Virus record (IMG/VR): IMGVR_UViG_3300045988_159056
Source of the DNA: a virus
DNA: 44,927 bases
Strand: one strand, 5' to 3'
How positions within the stretch are numbered: position 1 is the stretch's first letter; each line of letters begins with the position of its first letter. Below are positions 16,422 through 24,340 of this stretch, piece after piece. The notes under the pieces were generated by a model. The model saw only the letters and a program-made list of their open reading frames with translations. It did not search any database and had not been told where the DNA came from. The position numbers and the translations under genes are program-made.

Positions 16422-16527
16422 GTGTTACCAGGTTACGGGTACCCCTCCCAATAGGTCATATTTCACCTTTTAGGGGGAGGGCAACTGCTTTCCGCTTTCT
16501 GAGCGGCTCGGTCTTCGGAAGGTGTCA

Positions 16528-16706
16528 TTTTTTTAGTTTTTGAAATTTTCTCCGTTTTTTGACTGTTTTTCAGTTATTTATGTGCATTTAGACCAAAATT
16601 TCACGCGAAAAAGTGCGTTTTTTCGGCTGTTTTACTCGTTTTTTATCCGTTTTGGGGTGAATTACCGCGTATTTTAGTCGGTTGCCCGTTATTTTTAACT
16701 ACTTTT
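16528..16706 (+). other. Phased T-tract (intrinsically curved) DNA
   Basis: T4-T7 tracts centred near 16531, 16539, 16548, 16558, 16568, 16578, 16620, 16631, 16641, 16651, 16673, 16694 and 16704. Most spacings are 10-11 bp or multiples of that. Confidence 0.5.
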
Positions 16707-16707
16707 G
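16700..16707 (+). promoter_or_regulatory. -7 box tacttttg upstream of the secreted-protein moron
   Basis: TAnnTTTG match 89 nt before ATG 16796, at the 3' end of the T-tract block. Confidence 0.35.
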
Positions 16708-16795
16708 TCGTCGTCAAAACTACATTGCATACCGTCAGAACTTACGGGGTGGTACAAACCAGATTTAAAGTACACACTAATTTAAAGTTACTGAT

Positions 16796-17140
16796 ATGAA
16801 AAAATTATTTTTAGTCGTTGTATTGGCCGTATTGACAACGGCAGCCATAGCGCAAGAACCGTATAAGGCTTATTGTGAAATCGTAGGTACCGGAAATATT
16901 ACAGGAACAAAAGTAAAGATAGAAGTAGACTTCGGACAAAAGGCGAAACCAGGATTATGGGGGACAACAAACGCCCGTTTTTTAGTAGATGAGAACGGGG
17001 AAAAGATGAACTTTAATTCGATGATGGATGCCGTTAACTATTTGGCTAAGTTTGGTTGGGAATTAATATTAGCTTATCCGGTGACACCTACACAGGGAAT
17101 GAGCAAAGATCCTGTTCATCGGAAGTTACATTCTTTGTAA
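16796..17140 (+). CDS. Secreted small protein (moron) with a DUF4177-like GWEL motif
   Basis: Signal peptide MKKLFLVVVLAVLTTAAIAQE. Isolated between two non-coding blocks with its own promoter box and terminator. Confidence 0.6.
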   Translation: MKKLFLVVVLAVLTTAAIAQEPYKAYCEIVGTGNITGTKVKIEVDFGQKAKPGLWGTTNARFLVDENGEKMNFNSMMDAVNYLAKFGWELILAYPVTPTQGMSKDPVHRKLHSL

Positions 17141-17160
17141 GAAAGTAACTTCCGATGAAC
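17114..17160. terminator. 47-nt near-perfect palindrome spanning the stop codon of the 16796 gene
   Basis: gttcatcggaagttac (17114-17129) pairs with gtaacttccgatgaac (17145-17160). An inner ttctt/aagaa pairing extends the stem. Confidence 0.55.
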
Positions 17161-17217
17161 AGATAAAAGAAGGTATTAATTTGAAAGATAAATAGAATAA
17201 TAATCTATTAGTGTGTA

Positions 17218-17246
17218 ACGCTCGCCAATTTTGGTGAGCGTTTTTG
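17218..17246 (+). terminator. Second terminator hairpin
   Basis: acgctcgcc pairs with ggtgagcgt (one G-T pair), then a T5 run. Confidence 0.5.
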
Positions 17247-17307
17247 TTACGAAGTAACAATCCATCTAGCAAAGATTTTTCTTTTTTATGATAAACTATT
17301 ATTAACG

Positions 17308-17321
17308 TTTTTTTTTTTTTT
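17308..17321. repeat. T14 homopolymer
   Basis: 14 consecutive T in non-coding DNA upstream of the 17570 operon. Confidence 0.95.
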
Positions 17322-17349
17322 GTTCAGAATTTAATGCCGACATTTGCCC

Positions 17350-17570
17350 CTGTCAAAAACATACTGTTAATACAGTTTCGTGAGTCATGGATATTGGCTC
17401 AAATAAACAATGGGCTTTTTTTATGCCCGATTGATATTTATATAATATAAGGCGGTTGCCTTTCCCTATACTATTACCCGGCTTTTCGGACGGTTAGCAG
17501 TGTGTTTTTGACAGAACAGGGAAATGGTAGCCGCCTTTCTCATTTTAAAATAGTCAAAAACACACTGTTA
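17350..17570. promoter_or_regulatory. Three copies of GTCAAAAACA(C/T)ACTG (two direct, one inverted) plus an 89-nt long-stem hairpin
   Basis: Copies at 17350-17366 (+), 17498-17514 (inverted) and 17553-17567 (+, ending 3 nt before ATG 17570). The stem 17449-17467 / 17518-17537 forms 19 pairs with one bulge. Confidence 0.5.
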
Positions 17571-17824
17571 TGAAAAAAGAATTTCAATCCGGTACAAGCT
17601 ATGTACCTTCGTTCCGTACTGGTAGCACGGACGTAAACACGATCCAACATCGTTATTTTCAGGAATTGGAAAAAGATTGTTCCATAAACTCGGCTTCTGA
17701 TGCGTATTACTTATCCGCTATTGCCTGGTTCTGCCTTACTTTTATCTTCCCTCCGGCTGTTATTGGTGCGGCTGTTTGTGTGTACCGGGCAAAGAAATTA
17801 CAGAAGAAAGGAGGTAGAAAATGA
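17570..17824 (+). CDS. Small membrane protein (C-terminal TM)
   Basis: 84 aa with the hydrophobic segment AIAWFCLTFIFPPAVIGAAVCV. Confidence 0.55.
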   Translation: MKKEFQSGTSYVPSFRTGSTDVNTIQHRYFQELEKDCSINSASDAYYLSAIAWFCLTFIFPPAVIGAAVCVYRAKKLQKKGGRK

Positions 17825-18171
17825 AAGCTTATTATATAAGGCTTAACGAGTATAAGCCACAGAATCGAAAATGCGCGGAAATGACGGAGTTTGCAAACCA
17901 ATTTGATAATACATTTTGCCCTGATGAAATTTCCTTTGACGCTTTTAAAGCCGAATTAGAGGTCAAAATGAAGGAGGTGAACGAAAAATACCCTAATACA
18001 ATGCCGTTAAAATTATCTTCCGGTACCGGATATATTCATATAGACCAGGACACAAAAACACATAGTAACGGATGCGACAAGCCTGTTGTCTATTTTTGTG
18101 TTTACCAAATTAAAAAAGTATATAGGTTTTCAGAATGTCCCCAGTTAGAACAGGAAGGAGGTACTGAATGA
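17821..18171 (+). CDS. Hypothetical protein
   Basis: 116 aa, ATGA-coupled to the upstream gene. Confidence 0.55.
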   Translation: MKAYYIRLNEYKPQNRKCAEMTEFANQFDNTFCPDEISFDAFKAELEVKMKEVNEKYPNTMPLKLSSGTGYIHIDQDTKTHSNGCDKPVVYFCVYQIKKVYRFSECPQLEQEGGTE

Positions 18172-18542
18172 ATGCGAATAATCCTGATATCCTATTTTTC
18201 GTCAGACGTGAATACGGTGCGCCTTCCATTGAATTAAGAGCATACAAGGTGGAGAAGGTTAACAATGAGTTTGCTTTCCTCGAACTTGAACGTTTGCGGT
18301 TGGTTGTTTTCTCCGGTGATTTTCAGTCTGTATCACTTCATCATGAGTACGGTAAAAACAACTGTTTGTATAACAGTGCTAATAATATACCGGATTTGAT
18401 TAAAGACATGAAGAGGTGGCAGTTATCACCCATTGACAGACGTAATTACGAACGGTTTAGAAAAGTCGCCCTTGGAATATACCAACGGGCCGGAATAATT
18501 GATTTCACTACCTTAGAGACTACACCGATTAAAAACGTTTAA
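18168..18542 (+). CDS. Hypothetical protein
   Basis: 124 aa, ATGA-coupled. Confidence 0.55.
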   Translation: MNANNPDILFFVRREYGAPSIELRAYKVEKVNNEFAFLELERLRLVVFSGDFQSVSLHHEYGKNNCLYNSANNIPDLIKDMKRWQLSPIDRRNYERFRKVALGIYQRAGIIDFTTLETTPIKNV

Positions 18543-18556
18543 AAAGAACTACAATT

Positions 18557-18790
18557 ATGAAAGATATAGAAGTAAACGGCGCACATATCACGGATGAAAG
18601 TGCCGAAATTTTGAAACAGTGGCAAATTAATAAGGAACCGGTTTCCGGTTGTTACATCGAAGTTATTGAGGACTTAATCGATTACCTAATAGAAAAAGGA
18701 GATGAAATTACACCAATAGATGAGGTGTTAAGGAAGATTCAATTATTACGCATGATGAAAAAAGACATCGAAAAGCTGTCTAATCCTTAA
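18557..18790 (+). CDS. Acidic 77-aa protein, paralog B of 11593-11826
   Basis: MKDIEVNGAHITDESAEILKQWQI... Same length as paralog A and likewise followed by a terminator. Confidence 0.65.
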   Translation: MKDIEVNGAHITDESAEILKQWQINKEPVSGCYIEVIEDLIDYLIEKGDEITPIDEVLRKIQLLRMMKKDIEKLSNP

Positions 18791-18858
18791 TATTAATAAT
18801 TTAGCAAACTGGCTGAAAAGGCAGCCGTTGGGTTTAAGTCCCATGTTAGGGTTTGTTT

Positions 18859-18889
18859 GTGCCGGGGTGGTTCCCGGCACTCTCTTTTT
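18859..18889 (+). terminator. Rho-independent terminator
   Basis: gtgccggg (18859-18866) pairs with cccggcac (18873-18880), then tctcttttt. Confidence 0.6.
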
Positions 18890-18949
18890 ATGTCCTTTTC
18901 GGCTTCTGGCATTATTTCGACTTTTGTACAGAAATAAAAAAGCAGGAAT

Positions 18950-19297
18950 ATGACAGATACGATTATTACGGCGGTTATTACCGCTCTTTGTACGGGTAGT
19001 TTGACCTGGTTATTCACACTCCGATATACCCGCAAACAGGCGGAAGCGGACGCCATGAAGTCGGTACAGGAAGTTTACCAGGAGCTTATAGAAGATTTGA
19101 AGAATGACAGGCAGGAACTAAAGAAACGTTTCGACGAAGTGGATAACAAGTACAAGGAAGTCCTGCAGAAATGTAATGAAATGGAGAAAGCAATCAAACG
19201 TAATACCCGGGTAATGGATACTATGAAACCGTTCCTTTGCGGCGTGAAAAATTGTCCAAATCGGGAATCTATCACTTTTGACACTAATAATAACTAA
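18950..19297 (+). CDS. N-terminal TM plus coiled-coil protein (i-spanin-like or holin-like topology)
   Basis: TM segment IITAVITALCTGSLTWLF, then a heptad-rich region (QEVYQELIEDLKNDRQELKKRFDEV). Confidence 0.5.
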   Translation: MTDTIITAVITALCTGSLTWLFTLRYTRKQAEADAMKSVQEVYQELIEDLKNDRQELKKRFDEVDNKYKEVLQKCNEMEKAIKRNTRVMDTMKPFLCGVKNCPNRESITFDTNNN

Positions 19298-19305
19298 TAA
19301 TCATT

Positions 19306-19827
19306 ATGAAAAATGGAATCATACACTTACTTATTCTTATTTGTTTTGCAGCTTGTTTTTACGGTTGTCGTTCTCATCGCTCTGTTACGCGAGAAACGGT
19401 TACAGAAGCAACTGGAGAAGAAAAACAAACAACTGCTGATGGAGTTATCGAACTTGCGCGGAGAGATTCGGTCAGTGAGGAACATGTACTGCACGTTCAC
19501 CGGGAAGATAGTACGCATATCCGTATCAACTACGACAGCCTCGGAAGAATTAAAGAAATTGATTTCAGCAACCGAAAAACTGAAAAAAGAACTGGAAAAA
19601 ATCAAAGCAAATCCTATCAGGATCATAAAAAAACTGCCAGTCAACAGGAAACAACCGTTACCCGTAAATCCGACATTAAGCAGCAAAGCCAGGAAGAAAA
19701 AAAGACGGCAAACGGGTGTAGCTTATGGACGTTTTTAAAGTTCATGTTTTTCTTTCTATCCTTTTGTCTGATACATGATAATTGGGGTAAGATTAAAAAC
19801 TTTATTCGTCGGTTATGGAAAAAATAA
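19306..19827 (+). CDS. ORF with a lipoprotein-type signal and a C-terminal TM (u-spanin-like topology). It competes with the overlapping +1-frame ORF
   Basis: MKNGIIHLLILICFAACFYGC and a C-terminal WTFLKFMFFFLSFCLI. Fully overlaps ORF 19313-19738. Confidence 0.4.
   Translation: MKNGIIHLLILICFAACFYGCRSHRSVTRETVTEATGEEKQTTADGVIELARRDSVSEEHVLHVHREDSTHIRINYDSLGRIKEIDFSNRKTEKRTGKNQSKSYQDHKKTASQQETTVTRKSDIKQQSQEEKKTANGCSLWTFLKFMFFFLSFCLIHDNWGKIKNFIRRLWKK
19313..19738 (+). CDS. Alternative-frame ORF: N-terminal TM plus long coiled coil (i-spanin-like)
   Basis: YLFLFVLQLVFTVVVLIALL followed by REKRLQKQLEKKNKQLLMELSNLRGEI and SEELKKLISATEKLKKELEKIK. Its codons resemble the other coiled-coil genes here. 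Confidence 0.4.
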   Translation: MESYTYLFLFVLQLVFTVVVLIALLREKRLQKQLEKKNKQLLMELSNLRGEIRSVRNMYCTFTGKIVRISVSTTTASEELKKLISATEKLKKELEKIKANPIRIIKKLPVNRKQPLPVNPTLSSKARKKKRRQTGVAYGRF

Positions 19828-20093
19828 ACTTATACGTGGCTATTGAGCAAATGAAACATATTTCCGTTACCGGCGGAACGTTTTCCGTCAAATTCCGGAA
19901 ATGGAACAGACAGACACGGAACGGCGGCGATATGGTAATACTTACGGCCGCACGTTTGAGAAGGAAAGCCACGGACGAGAATATAGAAAATTCAAGCTAT
20001 AAACTATTCCTGACAGATACCACGACCGGACGCCCGCTTAATTGCTGGGAATGTCTTGTAATGGAGTTTAACGGGAAAAGAATAACTATTTAA
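19815..20093 (+). CDS. Hypothetical small basic protein
   Basis: 92-aa ORF immediately upstream of the portal candidate. Confidence 0.5.
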   Translation: MEKINLYVAIEQMKHISVTGGTFSVKFRKWNRQTRNGGDMVILTAARLRRKATDENIENSSYKLFLTDTTTGRPLNCWECLVMEFNGKRITI

Positions 20094-20097
20094 CATT

Positions 20098-21462
20098 ATG
20101 GAAATAAGACGAAGTGGAAACTTTGGAGTTATAGATACCGGAACCGGCAGAGGACTGATTTCCTTTTCTATTGGTGGACGCGGTAAGGGCTGGGAGCCTT
20201 CCAGTATCCAATTAAACCGGCGCGGCAGCTTCTTTTCGCGAAAAATAAGCGTTAACGGAACTTTCATCGTTCCAATGGGTGATAACAACGATATGCCGGG
20301 GGAAGTCATGCGCTTATTGGATAAATTTTACGCCGGTGAAGGTATTATGGGTAAGATTGCCGGTTTACAATGGGGAGAAGGGCCGCGATTGTATGAGGAT
20401 GCGATAGACGAAGAGAATAACCGTTTTTACCGACGTTGGAAACTCGATCCGAAAATAACGGCCGATCTGGAATCATGGGACTATACAACGGTTCTTCACC
20501 GTTCGCTTGTTGACCTTACACACATGCAGGGATTTTTCATAAAGTTTGTCCGGAACAGGGCACCGCGTATCGGCAATCCCGGACGTTTCGTCAGGCTGGA
20601 ACATATACCTTACCAGAAGGCGCGTCTGGTATATCCGCCTGATGGAGAGGACGAGCCGCAGGAAATACTTGTAGGTGATTTCCCTTATCCTGATCCGGCC
20701 TACACTTACCGATATCCTATATTCGATCCGGCAAATCCGTTTAAATATCCGGTTTCGGTAAAATACTATAATATTTATTCCTTTTGCAAGGATTTTATGA
20801 GTACACCGCGTTTTCTGGGAGCCTTGGACTGGTTGGAGCTGGCAGGCGGATTGGCTGATATTCTCATCTCTTATAACGAAAACGCTTCGGCTATCTCCTT
20901 ACACATAGAATCCCCGCAGGCCTATTGGGATAGAGCGGAGGAACGAATAAAGGGCGTTTGTGCTCAAACCGGTGAAACGTATTCAAATAAGATGTTGGAG
21001 GAGTTTAAGGACGCGGCTATGGAGAAATTCGCTTCTAATATTACAGGGAGAGAGAACGTCGGGAAATACATGCACACGACTAAGTTTTGGAATACGGAAG
21101 CGAATAATTTTGAGGGATGGACGGTAACACCGTTAGATAAAAAGATCAAGGATTACGTGGACGCCCAAATTAAGATATCAAACAAGGCGGACGCAGCTGC
21201 CACTTCCGGCTTCGGTCTTGATCCGGTGCTTTCAAACCTGATTATAGAAAACAAACTTTCTTCCGGATCAGAAAAATTATATAGCTTGAAAGTTTATAAC
21301 GCTTCCGAAACCGCTATACCGGATATGATTCTATGTAAACCGTTACAGCAGTATATCAATGCGAATTTTCCAGGAACTACTACAAAAGTGGGGCTTTACC
21401 GTACCATAGTGGAAGCCGAACAGAATGTTTCACCCTCTAACCGCATGAAGGAAAATGCGTAG
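20098..21462 (+). CDS. Portal protein candidate
   Basis: 454 aa. The only unassigned ORF of portal size, and it heads the morphogenesis block. No motif-level proof. Confidence 0.4.
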   Translation: MEIRRSGNFGVIDTGTGRGLISFSIGGRGKGWEPSSIQLNRRGSFFSRKISVNGTFIVPMGDNNDMPGEVMRLLDKFYAGEGIMGKIAGLQWGEGPRLYEDAIDEENNRFYRRWKLDPKITADLESWDYTTVLHRSLVDLTHMQGFFIKFVRNRAPRIGNPGRFVRLEHIPYQKARLVYPPDGEDEPQEILVGDFPYPDPAYTYRYPIFDPANPFKYPVSVKYYNIYSFCKDFMSTPRFLGALDWLELAGGLADILISYNENASAISLHIESPQAYWDRAEERIKGVCAQTGETYSNKMLEEFKDAAMEKFASNITGRENVGKYMHTTKFWNTEANNFEGWTVTPLDKKIKDYVDAQIKISNKADAAATSGFGLDPVLSNLIIENKLSSGSEKLYSLKVYNASETAIPDMILCKPLQQYINANFPGTTTKVGLYRTIVEAEQNVSPSNRMKENA

Positions 21463-22156
21463 TCTGTTTTTTATACCGAGAACGGAAGATGTGCCGGAGG
21501 AACCGGTAAGCGACCGACAACCGGAAGAGAACCGGGCCGATAACATCCCGGACAAACATATAAAGGCCCGCCGGACGAAAAACGTTCATTTTGACCGGCG
21601 GATAAAATCGGAATTGCATCTGGAAGAGTGTTTGCCATGGCATTTTGAGAAAGGGGCGGCATATCATTGTATCAGTCACGGGGATGTTGATAGCTTGACT
21701 TATCTTCGTGTGATCGTAAAGCAACAACCGGTGGAATATGTTTTAATTTCTACCTGGTGTATGGCAATTACCGATGTTAAGGAGGTGGAGAAATGGCTGG
21801 AGAGAAAAGACATAGGGCACGCGGATTTTTATGTAGGTGAAATATTTCAAGGTTCCTACGCGGATGTTTATTTATACCTAAAGAATGTGGCGGAACGTTT
21901 CGGATCACGTGTCTGTATCTTCCGTAACCATGCTAAAGTAATGGCCGGTTTTGGTAACGCTTTTGATTTTGCAATAGAAAGCTCGGCCAATATAAACACC
22001 AATCCGCGAACGGAGCAGACCTGTATAACGATAGATACCGGACTGGCCCGCTTTTATAAGGAGTTTTACGATGAAATAAACAGTTTTACAAAGGATTTTG
22101 ATAATTGGAAACCATATACCCTAAAAAGAGACCGAGCAAATGACGAAGTTATTTAA
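21455..22156 (+). CDS. Hypothetical morphogenesis-module protein
   Basis: 233 aa, overlaps the stop of the upstream gene. Confidence 0.5.
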   Translation: MRSLFFIPRTEDVPEEPVSDRQPEENRADNIPDKHIKARRTKNVHFDRRIKSELHLEECLPWHFEKGAAYHCISHGDVDSLTYLRVIVKQQPVEYVLISTWCMAITDVKEVEKWLERKDIGHADFYVGEIFQGSYADVYLYLKNVAERFGSRVCIFRNHAKVMAGFGNAFDFAIESSANINTNPRTEQTCITIDTGLARFYKEFYDEINSFTKDFDNWKPYTLKRDRANDEVI

Positions 22157-23090
22157 TAAAAACAATGATGGAGCCGGTGAAATTGTCCGTGTTCTGGGAT
22201 TGATCGACGATGATCTTGATTTTTCTAAATGGGAGCCTATCTTACCGCTAGGAATTCGGGATTTGCAGGCTATTATTGGCGTCGAACCTATCGACGCGAT
22301 AGATAAGTATTATCGGGAAGAACAAGAGCAAGGTGCGGGGATGGATAGTAAGACGGAAACCTTGCGCCTGATGCAGCAGGCGGTGGCCATGTTTACCTGG
22401 TTAAAAATTATCCCTACCCTGGACGCACAACACGGGACGGCCGGGCGTGGCAAACACCTGGGAGAGAATGAAACGGGCATGACCGCCTTACAGGAGTTCA
22501 AAGATGAAGAAAATATCCGGAATCTGGCTTATGAAGCTGTAGACGCGTTGGTGGAGTTGATGGATCGCGAAAAGTTCGATTTTTGGATAAAGGGCATTAA
22601 GAAGAAGGCTATAAACCGCCTTCTTATTCAGAATAAGGAAACGTTCGATGAATATTACAATATCGGAAGCCACCGGCTTTTCCTGGTGCTTATTCCTATG
22701 ATCCGGGAAGTACAGGACGGCCAGATAATACCGATTATCAACCGTGACCGCTATAACAAACTGATTGAGGGTGATACCGGTTTAACGGAAAAGCTGATAG
22801 AGTATGTACGTCGGCCACTCGCACTGCTTTCGATAAAAAAAGCGGTGGAACGCTTACCGGTGGAAATTCTGCCTAATGGAATCGTACAGGTACAACAGAG
22901 CACAACAGTACGGGATAAACTGCGGGCAGAAAAAGAGGCCCGGCAGTCAGTCGCTAAAAGTCTGGAACAGGACGCGGCGGCTTATCTGGATATCTTGCAG
23001 GATATTATCCGGGAACTGGATGCGGAAGTGGAACCGGCGGATTATTATATACCGGGAATTACCGTACAATCCAAAGGAATAACTTTTTAA
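22140..23090 (+). CDS. Hypothetical morphogenesis-module protein
   Basis: 316 aa, translationally overlapping its neighbours. Confidence 0.5.
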   Translation: MTKLFNKNNDGAGEIVRVLGLIDDDLDFSKWEPILPLGIRDLQAIIGVEPIDAIDKYYREEQEQGAGMDSKTETLRLMQQAVAMFTWLKIIPTLDAQHGTAGRGKHLGENETGMTALQEFKDEENIRNLAYEAVDALVELMDREKFDFWIKGIKKKAINRLLIQNKETFDEYYNIGSHRLFLVLIPMIREVQDGQIIPIINRDRYNKLIEGDTGLTEKLIEYVRRPLALLSIKKAVERLPVEILPNGIVQVQQSTTVRDKLRAEKEARQSVAKSLEQDAAAYLDILQDIIRELDAEVEPADYYIPGITVQSKGITF

Positions 23091-23099
23091 TGTCCGGAC

Positions 23100-23909
23100 A
23101 TGGAGAAGTTTACATATAATAATAAGACGGTAGAAATCCCTTCCTGTTTGGATGAGATCAATAGCGAGCAGTACAGGCAGTTTCTTATATTGTCGGTACT
23201 GATGAACCGCGGTACCATCACACCCGGACAGTTCCGCGTAAAATGGCTTTCTTTTCTTCTGGGAATGAAAGCGGATTATACAATATACCGGCGTGAGATC
23301 ATCCGGGAATTGGATGAGCAACTGGATAAACTGGACGGTTTTTTCTCTTATACAACCGGAAAAAATGGCGAACGGATTGTTACCCCCATTTTGAAAACCG
23401 GGTGTAACCTAATGCAAGACTTTGGAGGATGGCACGGTGTGGGTGATATGTTGAACGGTCTTACTTTTGGTAATTTCTGTGATTGTCTGGAATTATTGCA
23501 GCAATGTAAACTGGCGGCGGAAAATGACGATTCGGGAATAGATGAAATATTCCGGGAACTTACTTTAAAACTTTACCGGTACAAAGAACCGGAGAAGACA
23601 CCGGACGTTCCTTCCTTACTCGCCATTCATGCGATGAACTTCTTTTCCTCCGTTTGGGATATGATTCTTTCCCAACCTGTATATATCGGCGGGGAGGCTA
23701 TCGACTTTCGGATATTGTTCCAGAAGCTGGCATCCGAGGACCGGAAGGCGGACGATAAAACCGGCTGGACCGGGATAGTCTTTGAGGTGGCGGCTTCCGG
23801 CGTGTTCGGAAATAAGAAGGAGGTGGACGATACACCCTTTTGGGATGTATTGCTTTATCTGTATAAATGTAAGTTTGAGTATTTACACCAAAAACGTAAC
23901 AAGAAATGA
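23100..23909 (+). CDS. Hypothetical morphogenesis-module protein
   Basis: 269 aa. Its stop overlaps the lysozyme start. Confidence 0.5.
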   Translation: MEKFTYNNKTVEIPSCLDEINSEQYRQFLILSVLMNRGTITPGQFRVKWLSFLLGMKADYTIYRREIIRELDEQLDKLDGFFSYTTGKNGERIVTPILKTGCNLMQDFGGWHGVGDMLNGLTFGNFCDCLELLQQCKLAAENDDSGIDEIFRELTLKLYRYKEPEKTPDVPSLLAIHAMNFFSSVWDMILSQPVYIGGEAIDFRILFQKLASEDRKADDKTGWTGIVFEVAASGVFGNKKEVDDTPFWDVLLYLYKCKFEYLHQKRNKK

Positions 23910-24340
23910 GAACGACAACAGGAACAAAAAACAAGATCAAGAAATTCGAGGGGTTACGCCTGAAAGCGTATGTATGTGCCGCGGGAGTATGTACGATCGG
24001 TTACGGTCACACGATCGGCGTAAAACCGGGTGATGTTATCACCGAGGCCCAGGCCGATGCTTTCTTTGAATCGGATATCAGGGCGGTAGAAAACCAGGTA
24101 AACGCGCTTCCCCTTCATTTGGGACAGTACCAGTTTGACGCGGTAGTAAGCTTTTGCTTTAATGTAGGTATCGGAAAATTCAAGAAATCAACGCTTTATA
24201 AGAAGATCAGGACGGATGTGTATGATTCATCCATACCGGCAGAGTTTAAAAAGTGGATATACGGGGGCGGTAAGATTCTTCCGGGGCTTGTTACCCGCCG
24301 TGAATGGGAGGCGAAACGTTATCAGGGATTGACAATATGA
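23906..24340 (+). CDS. GH24 lysozyme (endolysin)
   Basis: KKFEGLRLKAYVCAAGVCTIGYGHT is the classic T4/lambda-type lysozyme signature. 144 aa. Confidence 0.9.
   Translation: MRTTTGTKNKIKKFEGLRLKAYVCAAGVCTIGYGHTIGVKPGDVITEAQADAFFESDIRAVENQVNALPLHLGQYQFDAVVSFCFNVGIGKFKKSTLYKKIRTDVYDSSIPAEFKKWIYGGGKILPGLVTRREWEAKRYQGLTI

Noticed and set aside
16442-16482. ccctccc / gggaggg hairpin after terL
   Set aside because: It has only 7 bp with a ~24-nt loop and no T-tail. It is too weak to call as a terminator or RNA element.
18829-18843. tgggtttaagtccca resembles a tRNA T-arm (GGGTTCAAGTCCC)
   Set aside because: It has only a 4-bp stem, the conserved C56 is a T, and no acceptor stem or other arms can be drawn. 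It may be a relic at most, not a gene.
21455-22156. RNHAKV in the 233-aa protein, considered as a PLD-type HxK nuclease motif
   Set aside because: The downstream spacing does not fit HxK(x)4D, and there is no second motif copy. The evidence is insufficient.
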